DNA of 64,000 nucleotides, from IMG/VR virus record IMGVR_UViG_3300036790_000286, positions 3,319 to 67,318 of that record. One strand, written 5' to 3'. Of the stretch, positions 1 to 8,900 are shown piece after piece. Numbering within the stretch: position 1 is the stretch's first letter; each line of letters starts with the position of its first letter. This stretch comes from a virus. The notes beneath the pieces are model-generated. The model was given only the letters and a program-made list of their open reading frames with translations, searched no databases and had not been told where the DNA came from. The translations under genes were made by a program, and so were the position numbers.

Positions 1-728
1 TGGAACGCCTCGAGCGCCTCGGCGTTGAGCGGGATCACCCGCGGCCGGATGTCGTTCTTGGTCGCATCGGGCGGGATGTGAACCCGGGGCGGCCGCGCGT
101 TCAGTTCCAGATTCTTCAGCCGCAGCCCGCGGAGCTCGCAGCCGCTGGCGGTGGTGTTGCGCGTGATCCGGAAAACGATGTCGGCCAGTTCCACGTTCGG
201 GTCATTCGCGCTGGCTTCGAAGATCCGCGCCTCTTCTTTCACGGTGAAGGTCTTTGGCGGCTGCCACTGGGTTTCGTGCAGCGGCGCGTAATAGTCTTTG
301 ATCCCGTCCCAGAGCCCAGCCTTGCGCAGCATCTGCTGGAGCACGTTCAGTTCGTGGTTGATGGCGGAGGTGCCCACGGGGCTGGGTTCGCGGGTCTGTT
401 CGTCGGCAAAGACCCCCGTACCCTCGCCGCGCGCGATCTGGTACGCCTTCAGGGATCCGGCGTGGAAGTCCGCCAGCGGCATGTCTCCAAAGAACCGCTG
501 GAGGGCACGCACGTTGCCCTGGCAGCATTCGATTGTCTTTGGCAGCAGGCCCTTACTGATTTTCCCCGCGAGCCAGATGTTGCAGGCGCTGAACAAACTT
601 AGCGACGCCATGTTTCTTTCCGAGGCAGCCAATTGCAAGGCCCAGATGCACGGCGGGCAGTCTTTGTGCCCGACCGTATGGTGTTTTGGTATCTCAGAGG
701 AGGAGAGTGGCAGGTCGTTGCGTAACAA
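1..728 (-). CDS. Tyrosine recombinase/integrase-like protein (3' end outside window); box I Arg replaced by Ser
   Basis: Manual translation (absent from the ORF track because it runs off the edge): HHTVGHKDCPPC...INHELNVLQQML...ITRNTTASGCELRGLRLKNL...DATKNDIRPRVIPLNAEALEAF. The frame is open from TTG 728 (alternative ATG 611), with an upstream stop at 750-752. Confidence 0.75.
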   Translation of the reverse strand, partial: MLRNDLPLSSSEIPKHHTVGHKDCPPCIWALQLAASERNMASLSLFSACNIWLAGKISKGLLPKTIECCQGNVRALQRFFGDMPLADFHAGSLKAYQIARGEGTGVFADEQTREPSPVGTSAINHELNVLQQMLRKAGLWDGIKDYYAPLHETQWQPPKTFTVKEEARIFEASANDPNVELADIVFRITRNTTASGCELRGLRLKNLELNARPPRVHIPPDATKNDIRPRVIPLNAEALEAF

Positions 729-918
729 TGCTCTACAACTTTCGGTGGGCTACTTTCGCGTATAGCCCAGAGAATCGGCCCATGTCTCCACAGTTTATGG
801 GGTAATGTGCTCATTTCCGCCATGTTACCGCGCTGAAATTTGGTTTTTTCGGGGTGACTGTAGCCATACCACGGTAACCATTCCCTCCCCTGCCGGTAGC
901 TACTCCTTTGGTGCCGAC

Positions 919-935
919 TTTTGCAGTAATGCAAC
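919..935. promoter_or_regulatory. Palindromic operator-like site TTGCA-N4-TGCAA (copy 1)
   Basis: The 17-mer TTTTGCAGTAATGCAAC is repeated exactly at 3583-3599. This copy lies between the divergent recombinase-like gene and the replication genes. Confidence 0.55.
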
Positions 936-1564
936 AGCCCTGTTATTCACATCATCCTCACAGCCCCCTGCGGTCTACACTGTCGCTCCCGCCGCCCCTG
1001 AGTCAGAGTACGGAACGCGAAGGAGTCAGCCCAGAGCCACGCATGTGGAAACCAGCGTCAATAGCGCCTCCCGAGCCAGTTATCGTCACCTTCGATTCCA
1101 GTCTTGTGCCCCTCTGCGGCAGCCTCGGCGCCACCCTGCTTTTTTGCTGGTATGAGCAGGTTTTCGCCGCCGCCGGCTATCCCGAGGAGGGCATCACCCG
1201 GCCCCGGTTAAGCGACTGGCGCGTGCCGATCGGGTACGGTCTCGCCAAGAGCGCAACCTACTGGTATTCCGCCTTTTACCGGATCGGCGTCATCCACCAG
1301 GGACGTCACGTTTACGCGGCAAACGTCCGCGCCTTCCGCGAGTTCGTTTCAGATCGGCTGGAGGGATATGCTTTCTACTCGCTCGAAGTTCACGAGTTTC
1401 AGACCACCAGTATCCTCCACCGCAACCATGCCTATGTCGATCATCGCCTTGCCGAGCTGCGCAACACCCCCCCGCCTGCCATCCGAAAGCCAGCGGGGAA
1501 GCGGGACGGAATTGAGGCTGCAACGCGGGTTGCGCAGGTGGTGGAAAGAACCTGTTCGCCGTAA
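929..1564 (+). CDS. Hypothetical protein (start uncertain)
   Basis: Longest + ORF upstream of the initiator; no recognised motif. Confidence 0.4.
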   Translation: MQQPCYSHHPHSPLRSTLSLPPPLSQSTEREGVSPEPRMWKPASIAPPEPVIVTFDSSLVPLCGSLGATLLFCWYEQVFAAAGYPEEGITRPRLSDWRVPIGYGLAKSATYWYSAFYRIGVIHQGRHVYAANVRAFREFVSDRLEGYAFYSLEVHEFQTTSILHRNHAYVDHRLAELRNTPPPAIRKPAGKRDGIEAATRVAQVVERTCSP

Positions 1565-1640
1565 CGCTGTGAGTTGTTCGCGTAACGGTCCGTAACGCTG
1601 TGTAACAGGCGAAATCGATGTTGATGTGTTCGCCGTAACG
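1553..1640 (+). repeat. Iteron-like repeats TGTTCG(C)CGTAACG (putative origin/autoregulatory sites)
   Basis: TGTTCGCCGTAACG at 1553 and 1627, TGTTCGCGTAACG at 1575 and partial CGTAACG at 1591, all just upstream of the initiator ATG. Confidence 0.65.
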
Positions 1641-1653
1641 TTTTGGGGGTTGA

Positions 1654-2958
1654 ATGCCGTTCGTAAAGCTCGACTGCGGGATTTTGGACTCATCGTTGTG
1701 GGTTAACCGGGTGCAGAGGGACCTGTTCATTACTGCGCTGCTGATGGCGGAACCGTATGAGTTGAAAGAACCTACAGACCAGATTGCGGTGCGGTCGCTG
1801 GAGAAAAAGGGCTTTGTTGTGCCGCCCGGCTGGTACGGTTTTATCCCCGCCGCCGGCACAGGGATCGTTCGGCGCGCTGGATACCAGCCAAAGGAGGTTG
1901 ATGTTGCTCTTGATGCTCTTGAGGTTCTTGGCGAGCCGGATGAAGACAGCCGCTCGGAAGACTTCGGAGGGCGCCGTTTGGTGAGAATCAACGGCGGCTA
2001 TCTTGCCCTCAACTATATGAAGTGGCGGGACTTCGACTATGGAGCGAAGGACCGCATGAGGCGGCTTCGGGAGCGCAAGAAGGAGGGAGGTGTTACGCGA
2101 ACGTTCGGCAGTGTTCGCCGTAACGTGACGCATAGCAGAGAGCAGATAGCAGAAGCAGATCTAGTTGAGAGTAGTGTTGGTTCTAACAGCAGATCCAAAG
2201 TTAAGACCTGTGATAGTTCCAACATTGGCCAACTGCCGTTGGCCGAAGCGCTCGATAAACCAGCAACGCCACCTGAACCGGAACCTCAAGCGAAATCAGA
2301 ACCTGAAGCGAAACCTGCGGCTGAAGCGAAGCCAAAGCCGGCAAAGCCCGCAAAGGGTGGGACGCCGGATCCCACCGAGGCAATCTACCAGGCCTACCCG
2401 CGGCACATCGGCAAACGCGTGGCGCTGGCCGCGATCGACAAGGCCATCGTTCGGCTGCTGACTCAGGGCGAGGTCAAGGGCGGCGTCTTCCTCACCCGCG
2501 CCGACGCGGAGCGGTGGCTTTGGAAGACCTTGGCGACCTTTGCGCGCAGCCCGGCCGGCAACCGCGGCAGTCTCACCCCCCACCCGTCAACGTGGTTCAA
2601 CCAGTCGCGCTACCTCGACGATCCGGCCGAGTGGCAGCGCACCGAGGAGGCAAGTCGTGGAACAGGAGCAAAGCAGAGCGTTGCCGCCGGCAATTTTGCC
2701 GCGGCTCGTGAAAACATTCGCCAACTGCGCGAAGGACGAAGGGATCACGGCGGCGATCACGCTGCTCTCTTTGGGCTACGAACGCCCGATGACAGACACG
2801 AGGACCTTCACGCTCTACCAGGAAGCGCTGGCGGATCTGACTCCGGGGGAGCTGGGGATAGCGTTCTCGCGGGCGGAGCTGGAAGAGGCGAGATTCTTCC
2901 CCCCGCCGGCGAGATTGCGGCAGTTGGCGGGAGTCGAAACCGCGGACCAGTGTTCTGA
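1654..2958 (+). CDS. Phage replication initiator (lambda O-like architecture)
   Basis: N-term FVKLDCGILDSSLW; RMRRLRERKK followed by internal iterons; Pro/Lys linker; C-terminal YPRHIGK...PHPSTWFNQSRY motif typical of phage replisome organisers. Confidence 0.75.
   Translation: MPFVKLDCGILDSSLWVNRVQRDLFITALLMAEPYELKEPTDQIAVRSLEKKGFVVPPGWYGFIPAAGTGIVRRAGYQPKEVDVALDALEVLGEPDEDSRSEDFGGRRLVRINGGYLALNYMKWRDFDYGAKDRMRRLRERKKEGGVTRTFGSVRRNVTHSREQIAEADLVESSVGSNSRSKVKTCDSSNIGQLPLAEALDKPATPPEPEPQAKSEPEAKPAAEAKPKPAKPAKGGTPDPTEAIYQAYPRHIGKRVALAAIDKAIVRLLTQGEVKGGVFLTRADAERWLWKTLATFARSPAGNRGSLTPHPSTWFNQSRYLDDPAEWQRTEEASRGTGAKQSVAAGNFAAARENIRQLREGRRDHGGDHAALFGLRTPDDRHEDLHALPGSAGGSDSGGAGDSVLAGGAGRGEILPPAGEIAAVGGSRNRGPVF
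2091..2125. repeat. Intragenic iterons (one inverted, one direct)
   Basis: TGTTACGCGAAC at 2091-2102 (reverse complement of the iteron core) and TGTTCGCCGTAACG at 2112-2125. Confidence 0.6.
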
Positions 2959-3310
2959 GCGGGAAGCGCTGGAAGGACTGCGCTGGGTGCTGGCGAGGAT
3001 CCGCAACCATGGCATCGAGGGGCGACCGAAGCGGCTGGGTGAGAAGCGCGCCGCCGGCCGCGGCGAGGATGGCGAGTACCGCGAAGCGGAGTACGACTAC
3101 CTGCCTTGCCCGACGACTCCGGTGGCGATCGGCTTTGCGTTGAGCGAGCTCGGCGCCGGCAGCGTTGAAGCTGGGGTGAAGTTGGCGGCGTTGCATCCGA
3201 TGCTGGCTGAGGTGGCCGGGAACGAGGCTGGGTCGATGGGGTTGACGCTGGCGGCAATCGACAAGTTCGAAGCCCGGTGGGTGGCGGCATGGCGGAGGTC
3301 CAACCGGTGA
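2657..3310 (+). CDS. Putative helicase loader/loader-inhibitor-like protein following the initiator
   Basis: GAGGAGG SD then GTG 2657. The YQEALADL...FFPPPARLRQLA pattern resembles genes found downstream of phage initiators. Overlaps the initiator by 302 nt. Confidence 0.55.
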   Translation: MEQEQSRALPPAILPRLVKTFANCAKDEGITAAITLLSLGYERPMTDTRTFTLYQEALADLTPGELGIAFSRAELEEARFFPPPARLRQLAGVETADQCSEREALEGLRWVLARIRNHGIEGRPKRLGEKRAAGRGEDGEYREAEYDYLPCPTTPVAIGFALSELGAGSVEAGVKLAALHPMLAEVAGNEAGSMGLTLAAIDKFEARWVAAWRRSNR

Positions 3311-3543
3311 AGGTTGAGAACATCCGCGTGGAGGTGAGTGAGCCGCATCTGGACGATGAGCTTGCGAACTATGGCGCGCAGGGATTCACGCTGGTGCAGG
3401 TGGTGAGCCGAAAAAGTTTTCACCCGCCTGAAGTTTTCGTGCCCGATATCGTCACGCTGTTCTTCACGCGCGAACGCCCGCTGGTGCTGGACATCAAGGG
3501 CTTACCGGCAGCGCCGCCGGAGATTCGGGTTAACTCCCGATGA
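3307..3543 (+). CDS. Small hypothetical protein (DUF4177-like)
   Basis: GTGA coupling with the previous stop; LDDELANYGAQGFTLVQV motif. Confidence 0.5.
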   Translation: MKVENIRVEVSEPHLDDELANYGAQGFTLVQVVSRKSFHPPEVFVPDIVTLFFTRERPLVLDIKGLPAAPPEIRVNSR

Positions 3544-3582
3544 GCAATTCTGCGCCACGCGCCTCTTCAGGTAACAACTCCG

Positions 3583-3599
3583 TTTTGCAGTAATGCAAC
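3583..3599. promoter_or_regulatory. Palindromic operator-like site TTGCA-N4-TGCAA (copy 2)
   Basis: Exact 17-bp match to 919-935; intergenic. Confidence 0.55.
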
Positions 3600-3642
3600 G
3601 CCTTTGGCCTCGAGCGCGCCAGGCGATGCTACGCTTCAGCCC

Positions 3643-3843
3643 ATGAAGCTCATCGGCTATGCCATTGCCTACGACAGCGATCCCGGCCCTGATCTGGACG
3701 GCATCCAGCGGAAGTCTGCCACGTTCGTCAGTTCGCTGACATGGACGAAGCGGGAATATGCCGATGTGATGCTGGCTGCTCACAAGCTGGAATTTCCCGC
3801 TCTTGAGAACCAACGAGTGATTGCCGTCTTCGACGAGATTTAA
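3643..3843 (+). CDS. Hypothetical protein
   Basis: ATG 3643, 66 aa, downstream of operator copy 2. Confidence 0.5.
   Translation: MKLIGYAIAYDSDPGPDLDGIQRKSATFVSSLTWTKREYADVMLAAHKLEFPALENQRVIAVFDEI
3663..3753 (+). repeat. 91-bp exact direct repeat, copy 1
   Basis: Identical base for base to 4771-4861 (CATTGCCTACGAC...GGACGAAGCGG). Confidence 0.95.
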
Positions 3844-3902
3844 AGAAAGCTCTGCACGACTTGTCCCATTCCTGCCTGGCGATCGCCGTTGAAAGTGAGC
3901 GA

Positions 3903-4289
3903 ATGCTATTACCCCCGCCTCGGCTGGTCCTGTATGTCCTGACCCGGTGGAGTTGTCCGGTGGATGGATGGTTCGAAACCGGCACCTTGAAGTTTCAGGA
4001 GACTGCGCAATGCCCGGAATGCGGTGGCCGCGCCTTTTACGCCGAACACATCCAGGGCCAGACGACGCGCCACCTTCCTTTCGCAAGCCGGCCCCGGTTG
4101 ACCAGCGAGAGCAACGGGTCGGTGTGGCAGGTGACGACCGACACGGGAATCGTGACGCGACCGAAGGATGCGAAGCAGTCCCAGCGCAGAGGCGGATCCC
4201 GATCCACCGGCCGGCCGCGGCGAGCAACATCCCCGGACCAGATTCCCGGCGATCCCCGGGAGCAGGCGCCGCCGGAGTTCGAGGAGTGA
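3903..4289 (+). CDS. Zn-ribbon protein
   Basis: CPVDG...CPECGG motif. Confidence 0.5.
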   Translation: MLLPPPRLVLYVLTRWSCPVDGWFETGTLKFQETAQCPECGGRAFYAEHIQGQTTRHLPFASRPRLTSESNGSVWQVTTDTGIVTRPKDAKQSQRRGGSRSTGRPRRATSPDQIPGDPREQAPPEFEE

Positions 4290-4606
4290 TGATCCCTGAA
4301 GCCTTTCCATCGCGAATCACGATCGAGAGCGGGAGCTGCACCATTGAGCGCGATGTCCACGAAGTGGCGTATCTGGCTCCCGACCACGCCGACTATCGGC
4401 TTTTCCCGATGTATTGGGAGTGTGGGCCGCGCACGTTTGAGCGTCTCGTAGGGTTGGCGACCCTCGACGTTTCCGATCCAGGCCACCGGCTCCATGCGAT
4501 GAACATGGTGAACCGCGGGCGCTGGGCGATGAGGTTCCGCGATATCCCCATCCGGGCAGCGGAAGTGCCTGAAAATCGGCTGTGGCCACCTGTACGAGGA
4601 GCGTAA
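4289..4606 (+). CDS. Hypothetical protein
   Basis: GAGGAG SD; start overlaps the previous stop. Confidence 0.5.
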   Translation: MIPEAFPSRITIESGSCTIERDVHEVAYLAPDHADYRLFPMYWECGPRTFERLVGLATLDVSDPGHRLHAMNMVNRGRWAMRFRDIPIRAAEVPENRLWPPVRGA

Positions 4607-4770
4607 CGATGGAACGAACGGAGCAGCTTTGCGATATCCACCTGCGCGATGAGGAGAAGGATTCCGGCGCTGGGCACAGACGGCCAACAGAACCTTTGCA
4701 TATTTTGTTTCAAGGTAATCGGTGGGAAGCAGTTTCTCCCGATCCTCAGCCAGCGCGCGCGCGATTGGCT

Positions 4771-4861
4771 CATTGCCTACGACAGCGATCCCGGCCCTGA
4801 TCTGGACGGCATCCAGCGGAAGTCTGCCACGTTCGTCAGTTCGCTGACATGGACGAAGCGG
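4771..4861 (+). repeat. 91-bp exact direct repeat, copy 2
   Basis: Identical to 3663-3753; supplies the ATG of ORF 4849. Confidence 0.95.
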
Positions 4862-5430
4862 CGTCCTTCCAGTTCTACCCCATGCTCCCTGCCTGGCTCA
4901 AAGATGAAATTGCCCTGCAGCCTGCCTATTGGGGCGCGCGCGAAATCGCGCGCGCGTACCGTCCGCTGAGGTATTTGACAGTCTACGCAGTCCATCGCTA
5001 CCACAAACCCGCGAATTCCCAGGAATTACCGCAATCACCCGAGCCTACCGAGGACGAAACCGTGAAGAATGAGCACCCCAACATGGCATTACCCGGGATT
5101 TCCCAGATCGACAACAGCGTCCAGATCGACAACAGGATGGGTATTTGCCAAGACGGAGAACTTCGACCTATCAGCGAAGTTTACGGTGCCACGCCGCAAG
5201 CGAACCGCCGCGACACCGAGCAGGCGCGCATTGAAACTGTCGCGCAGTATCCCGCCGAGGCTAATCCCTCCGCGATCGACGGCGATGGCGAAGCCGTGGC
5301 TGAGGAGACGATGGTCCTTGAGGTGAAGATCCATCTCACCCACCGCAAGGCCAACCGAATGTTCGAGCGCTTGCCGCTGGACACCAAGGCGGCGCTGCTC
5401 TCGGACATGATCGAAGCGGCGGTGAGCTAA
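4849..5430 (+). CDS. Hypothetical protein
   Basis: 193-aa ORF; start lies inside the duplicated 91 bp. Confidence 0.4.
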   Translation: MDEAASFQFYPMLPAWLKDEIALQPAYWGAREIARAYRPLRYLTVYAVHRYHKPANSQELPQSPEPTEDETVKNEHPNMALPGISQIDNSVQIDNRMGICQDGELRPISEVYGATPQANRRDTEQARIETVAQYPAEANPSAIDGDGEAVAEETMVLEVKIHLTHRKANRMFERLPLDTKAALLSDMIEAAVS

Positions 5431-5522
5431 GGCTGAACCCCTGATGTCCGCGGAGGACGTGTCGCGCGAGCGGCTTGTTGGCAGCAATGCCTAGACCGGT
5501 ACGGGCAGCCTGAGCCGATGAA

Positions 5523-5726
5523 TCATCTCGCCGCTCCCATCTCCTCCACCAGTTTCCGCAAAGAACTACAGATCGGTTCGGCATATCGTTCAGGGAGCAG
5601 CATCAGCGCTTTCCTCAGCGTGAGAAGTTCACTAGCGGCACATTCAATTTCATAGGGCGTGCCAGTCCAGCCGCACGAATTGATGATTTCCCGAAGTCGC
5701 TCGTCACTGATTCTTTCTTCGCTCAT
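5523..5726 (-). CDS. Small hypothetical phage protein
   Basis: MSEERISDERLREI...; ATGA coupling with the AlpA remnant. Confidence 0.5.
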   Translation of the reverse strand: MSEERISDERLREIINSCGWTGTPYEIECAASELLTLRKALMLLPERYAEPICSSLRKLVEEMGAAR

Positions 5727-5845
5727 CCCTTCCCTCCCATTTCCTCCACCAGAGCCCGAATGCTCTCAGCGGACCATGCGCGTGTCCGGGGTCCGAGCAA
5801 CACGCCGGCGGGAAACCGGCCGCTCTTGACTCTATCAGCGCTGCA
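5723..5845 (-). pseudogene. AlpA/excisionase-like winged-helix remnant (5' truncated)
   Basis: RVKSGRFPAGVLLGPRTRAWSAESIRAL matches the C-terminal half of the AlpA family; no recognisable N-terminal half. Confidence 0.55.
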
Positions 5846-5922
5846 ATGTCCCCTAGATTCTCGACGTGCTCGGCCTTTCGCGGTTATATCCGAGGTCGAG
5901 GAAAAACTATGGACGAGGCTAA

Positions 5923-5935
5923 ATGGTAATCTCTG
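5923..5935 (+). promoter_or_regulatory. Late promoter-like motif ATGGTAATCTCTG (1/8)
   Basis: Exact 13-mer, intergenic, upstream of the first late gene; contains an extended -10-like TGnTAATCT. Confidence 0.8.
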
Positions 5936-5977
5936 CGCCGCGCCGGGGCCTCCATCCTCGGCGCGGAGTGGAGAACA

Positions 5978-8900
5978 ATGCTGCGATTCCCTCGCGTGCT
6001 GCTGCTGGCCGTCGCCCTGCTTGCCCTTTTTGCTGGTAGCGCACGGGCTCAGACCCCGAAGCCTATCCCGGTAACCGGCAACCTCGGCACCATCACCGGC
6101 GGACCTCAACCCGACTCCTACGTTCAGCTCACACTGATCAATTGCAGCAGCGGCAACCCCCAAATCACCGGGTATCAGGGCATCGTCAAGACCAGCTACC
6201 GGTTCGTGGCCGACGTCAATGGCAACGTGAATGGAACGGTCTGGCCCAATGACCTGATTGACTGCAACAGCACCACGGGCGCAACGCTCTATTCCCGGCA
6301 AATCGTCTCCGAGGACATCCCGGTCGGCACATCGCTCTGCTACCAGGTGACGTCGACGCAGGGCGTGTGGAACCTCCAGACACAACAGGCAGTTTCCTGC
6401 GGAGCCTCCCCGCCCAATCCCATGGACGGGACGTATAACAACCTGAACGTGAACGGGATTTTCAACGTCAAGGGCGGATTCACGTTCGGAGGCGCCAGCC
6501 AAACCTACCAGCAGGACGGCACTTACAACGCCTTCGCTCTCCAGAATCCATCATCGTCAAACAATGGCATCGCGATGTCGATGGCGCAGTGCTTGACGCT
6601 GCCCTATGCCTGCCGCGTCCTCGCGCCAACCGTATACGCGACAACCGAAATCCCAGCCTGGGAGTTCTACAACTGGACCAACGGCGGCTATCTTCAGTAC
6701 GGCTCGCTTGCCGCGGCGTCGCTGCAGGATCAGCGCTTCGGCGGCTCGTTTAGTTCCGCGCTCAACCCAATCCAGATGAACCCCTACGAGGGCGGCGCTG
6801 CCAATGTGGTTTGGGGCAGCAGCTACGGCAACGCGACTGCGTCACAGGCATCCGTGGGCTACGCCTTTTCAGCGACCCAGACCACCTCTCCCCTCAGCGG
6901 CGGCCCCTGTCTCTCGCAGCTCTACGACAACATTTCGCAGTGTTATCTGTATACCCTGGCTTCGAACGCTCATCGTTACACTTCGGAGGGCTCGTCTCCG
7001 TTTCTGGTGCGTTCCTATGCTTCATCTCCAGGCGATCAGGTTTGGCAGTTAGGGGGGCTGTTCGGACCTGCCGGATGGCAGCATCCCTTTGATGAAGGTC
7101 AGGAGATGTATTCCTTTGTCAACACCGAGACAATCAACGTTTACCGTGGCACAGTCAGTGCCGTAAGTGGGTCGACGGTTACGGTGACGCCAGCGACGCC
7201 GGGCGCAGGTTCTGGCGAAATCATCGCAGGGACGCAGGGAGACGGCAGATATCTCACGGATACCACTTCTGCCGATATTGTGACTGCCACGCCCACGGCT
7301 GTTGTGGCCAACGTTCCCGGGCAGCTGGCTTCCCCAGCCGCCGGATCGACCTATGGCTACTTCGGGTACATGACTTTTTCTTCGATTCCAACCTCGAGCG
7401 CGTGGGGCACGTTCTCTACGGCCGTGACCTATCCATACGGCTCAAAGACGGTTACGTTCTCGTCCTCGGGAGGAACGCTGGCAAGCGGCCTGATCTGCGT
7501 AGCCGACGAAAAAGTGTCTGGGCCGGCCGTGGGCAACTTTGAGATGGTGAACGGCACCGTGTCCGGCAGCTCCGTCACCGCGACCTTCCACAAATCGCAT
7601 CCGGTAGGCGCTGTCTATGCGCAGGGCGGTTATTGCGGCAAGCTGGTCGAGATAGTGGCCGACACCTTTCCCTCCGGGACATTCTGGAGTAACGGAGAGA
7701 ACAGCGGAACCACCACTTATCCGGTTCGCTATCTCTGGCCCATTGTTGGATCGCCGGATGGGGCGACCCTCTGGGTGTTCAACGCCGGCCCCTGGCAAGC
7801 GACCCCTTCCTACGCTGGTTTCGGTACGACGTGGCCCCTGGCGACGAACAAGGCGGTAAATTTCTACAACGGCGCGGAGGTCCTGAGTGTGGCCGGGGCG
7901 AATGGCGACGTGAGCGACAACAAATTTACCCTCGGTGCGAATGCCGCCAATTTCACCACATCCATGACGGTGCAGGAGACGCATCCGGCGCGCCAATCCG
8001 TCAACGGTGGGCAGATTACTTTCTCGCAGTTTTCCCCAGGCGGATTCGAGCATGGGCCGTTCTACAACTTCACCGGCCGGATGCAGACTGCCTACGGAGG
8101 GGTCAACGTCAACAACCAGGCCGCATGGGCGTCCTACGCGGACGGCGGGGGCACCTGGATCCTGCCTCGCGCCGGATTCTATGGGGAAGGCCCGTGGCAG
8201 TATGGCCTTTTCATGAACGACAACACGACGCTCGAGAGTTTGATCGGCGAAGCCGCCGCCACCGCTGTCAATAACACCGAACAGCATATTGTGCAGATGG
8301 ACCACTCCCAGGTCGCGACGGGCGACTACATCTCCTACGTCTACAACGACACCAGCATCGGTGGATCCGCGTGGGACTTCTTTCTGAGAGGCAATACCTC
8401 GCCCATCATGCGCGTCACGCCCGGCGGCATCCTCGGTACCTTTGCGGGGCAGGTGAATTCGAACTACGTCAACGTGTCGACCGGCGCCTTCAGCGGCTAC
8501 ATGCAGAACTGGGTAGCTGACTCGAATAACTTCTCTGGGACCGCCTGGCAATGCACATCCGGGTCGCCCACGGTCACCGCAGGGCAAACCGACCAGTGGG
8601 GCGGGACAACCGCGACCGAATTCCATTTCGCTTCAGCCGGCGCGTTCCAGTGCGAAAACAACTCCAGCCTTGTGAGTGGCGGCGGCACGCCGTTGACCGG
8701 CAGCACAACGTATTCCTCGAAGCTGTCCGCCGAAGGCGCAGTGGGCGATGAGGTCATCATCGTTGGGTTCGCCAATCACAGCAGCGTTGCCAATCTCAGT
8801 ACTTCATGGGCCGACTACACGAGCACGGGCAGCAGCGGCACGACCTTTCCCCAGTTCCTGTTCCTCATGGGGGGCACGGCCTATGCGGGTGAAACTTTCT

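Noticed and set aside
3663-4861. 91-bp repeat pair as a diversity-generating retroelement TR/VR
   Set aside because: The copies are identical with no adenine-specific mismatches, and no reverse transcriptase is present in the window.
5846-6502. 259-aa minus-strand ORF 5723-6502 as a full gene
   Set aside because: Most of it is antisense to the 5978 gene and crosses the late motif; only the last about 40 aa look real (AlpA-like).
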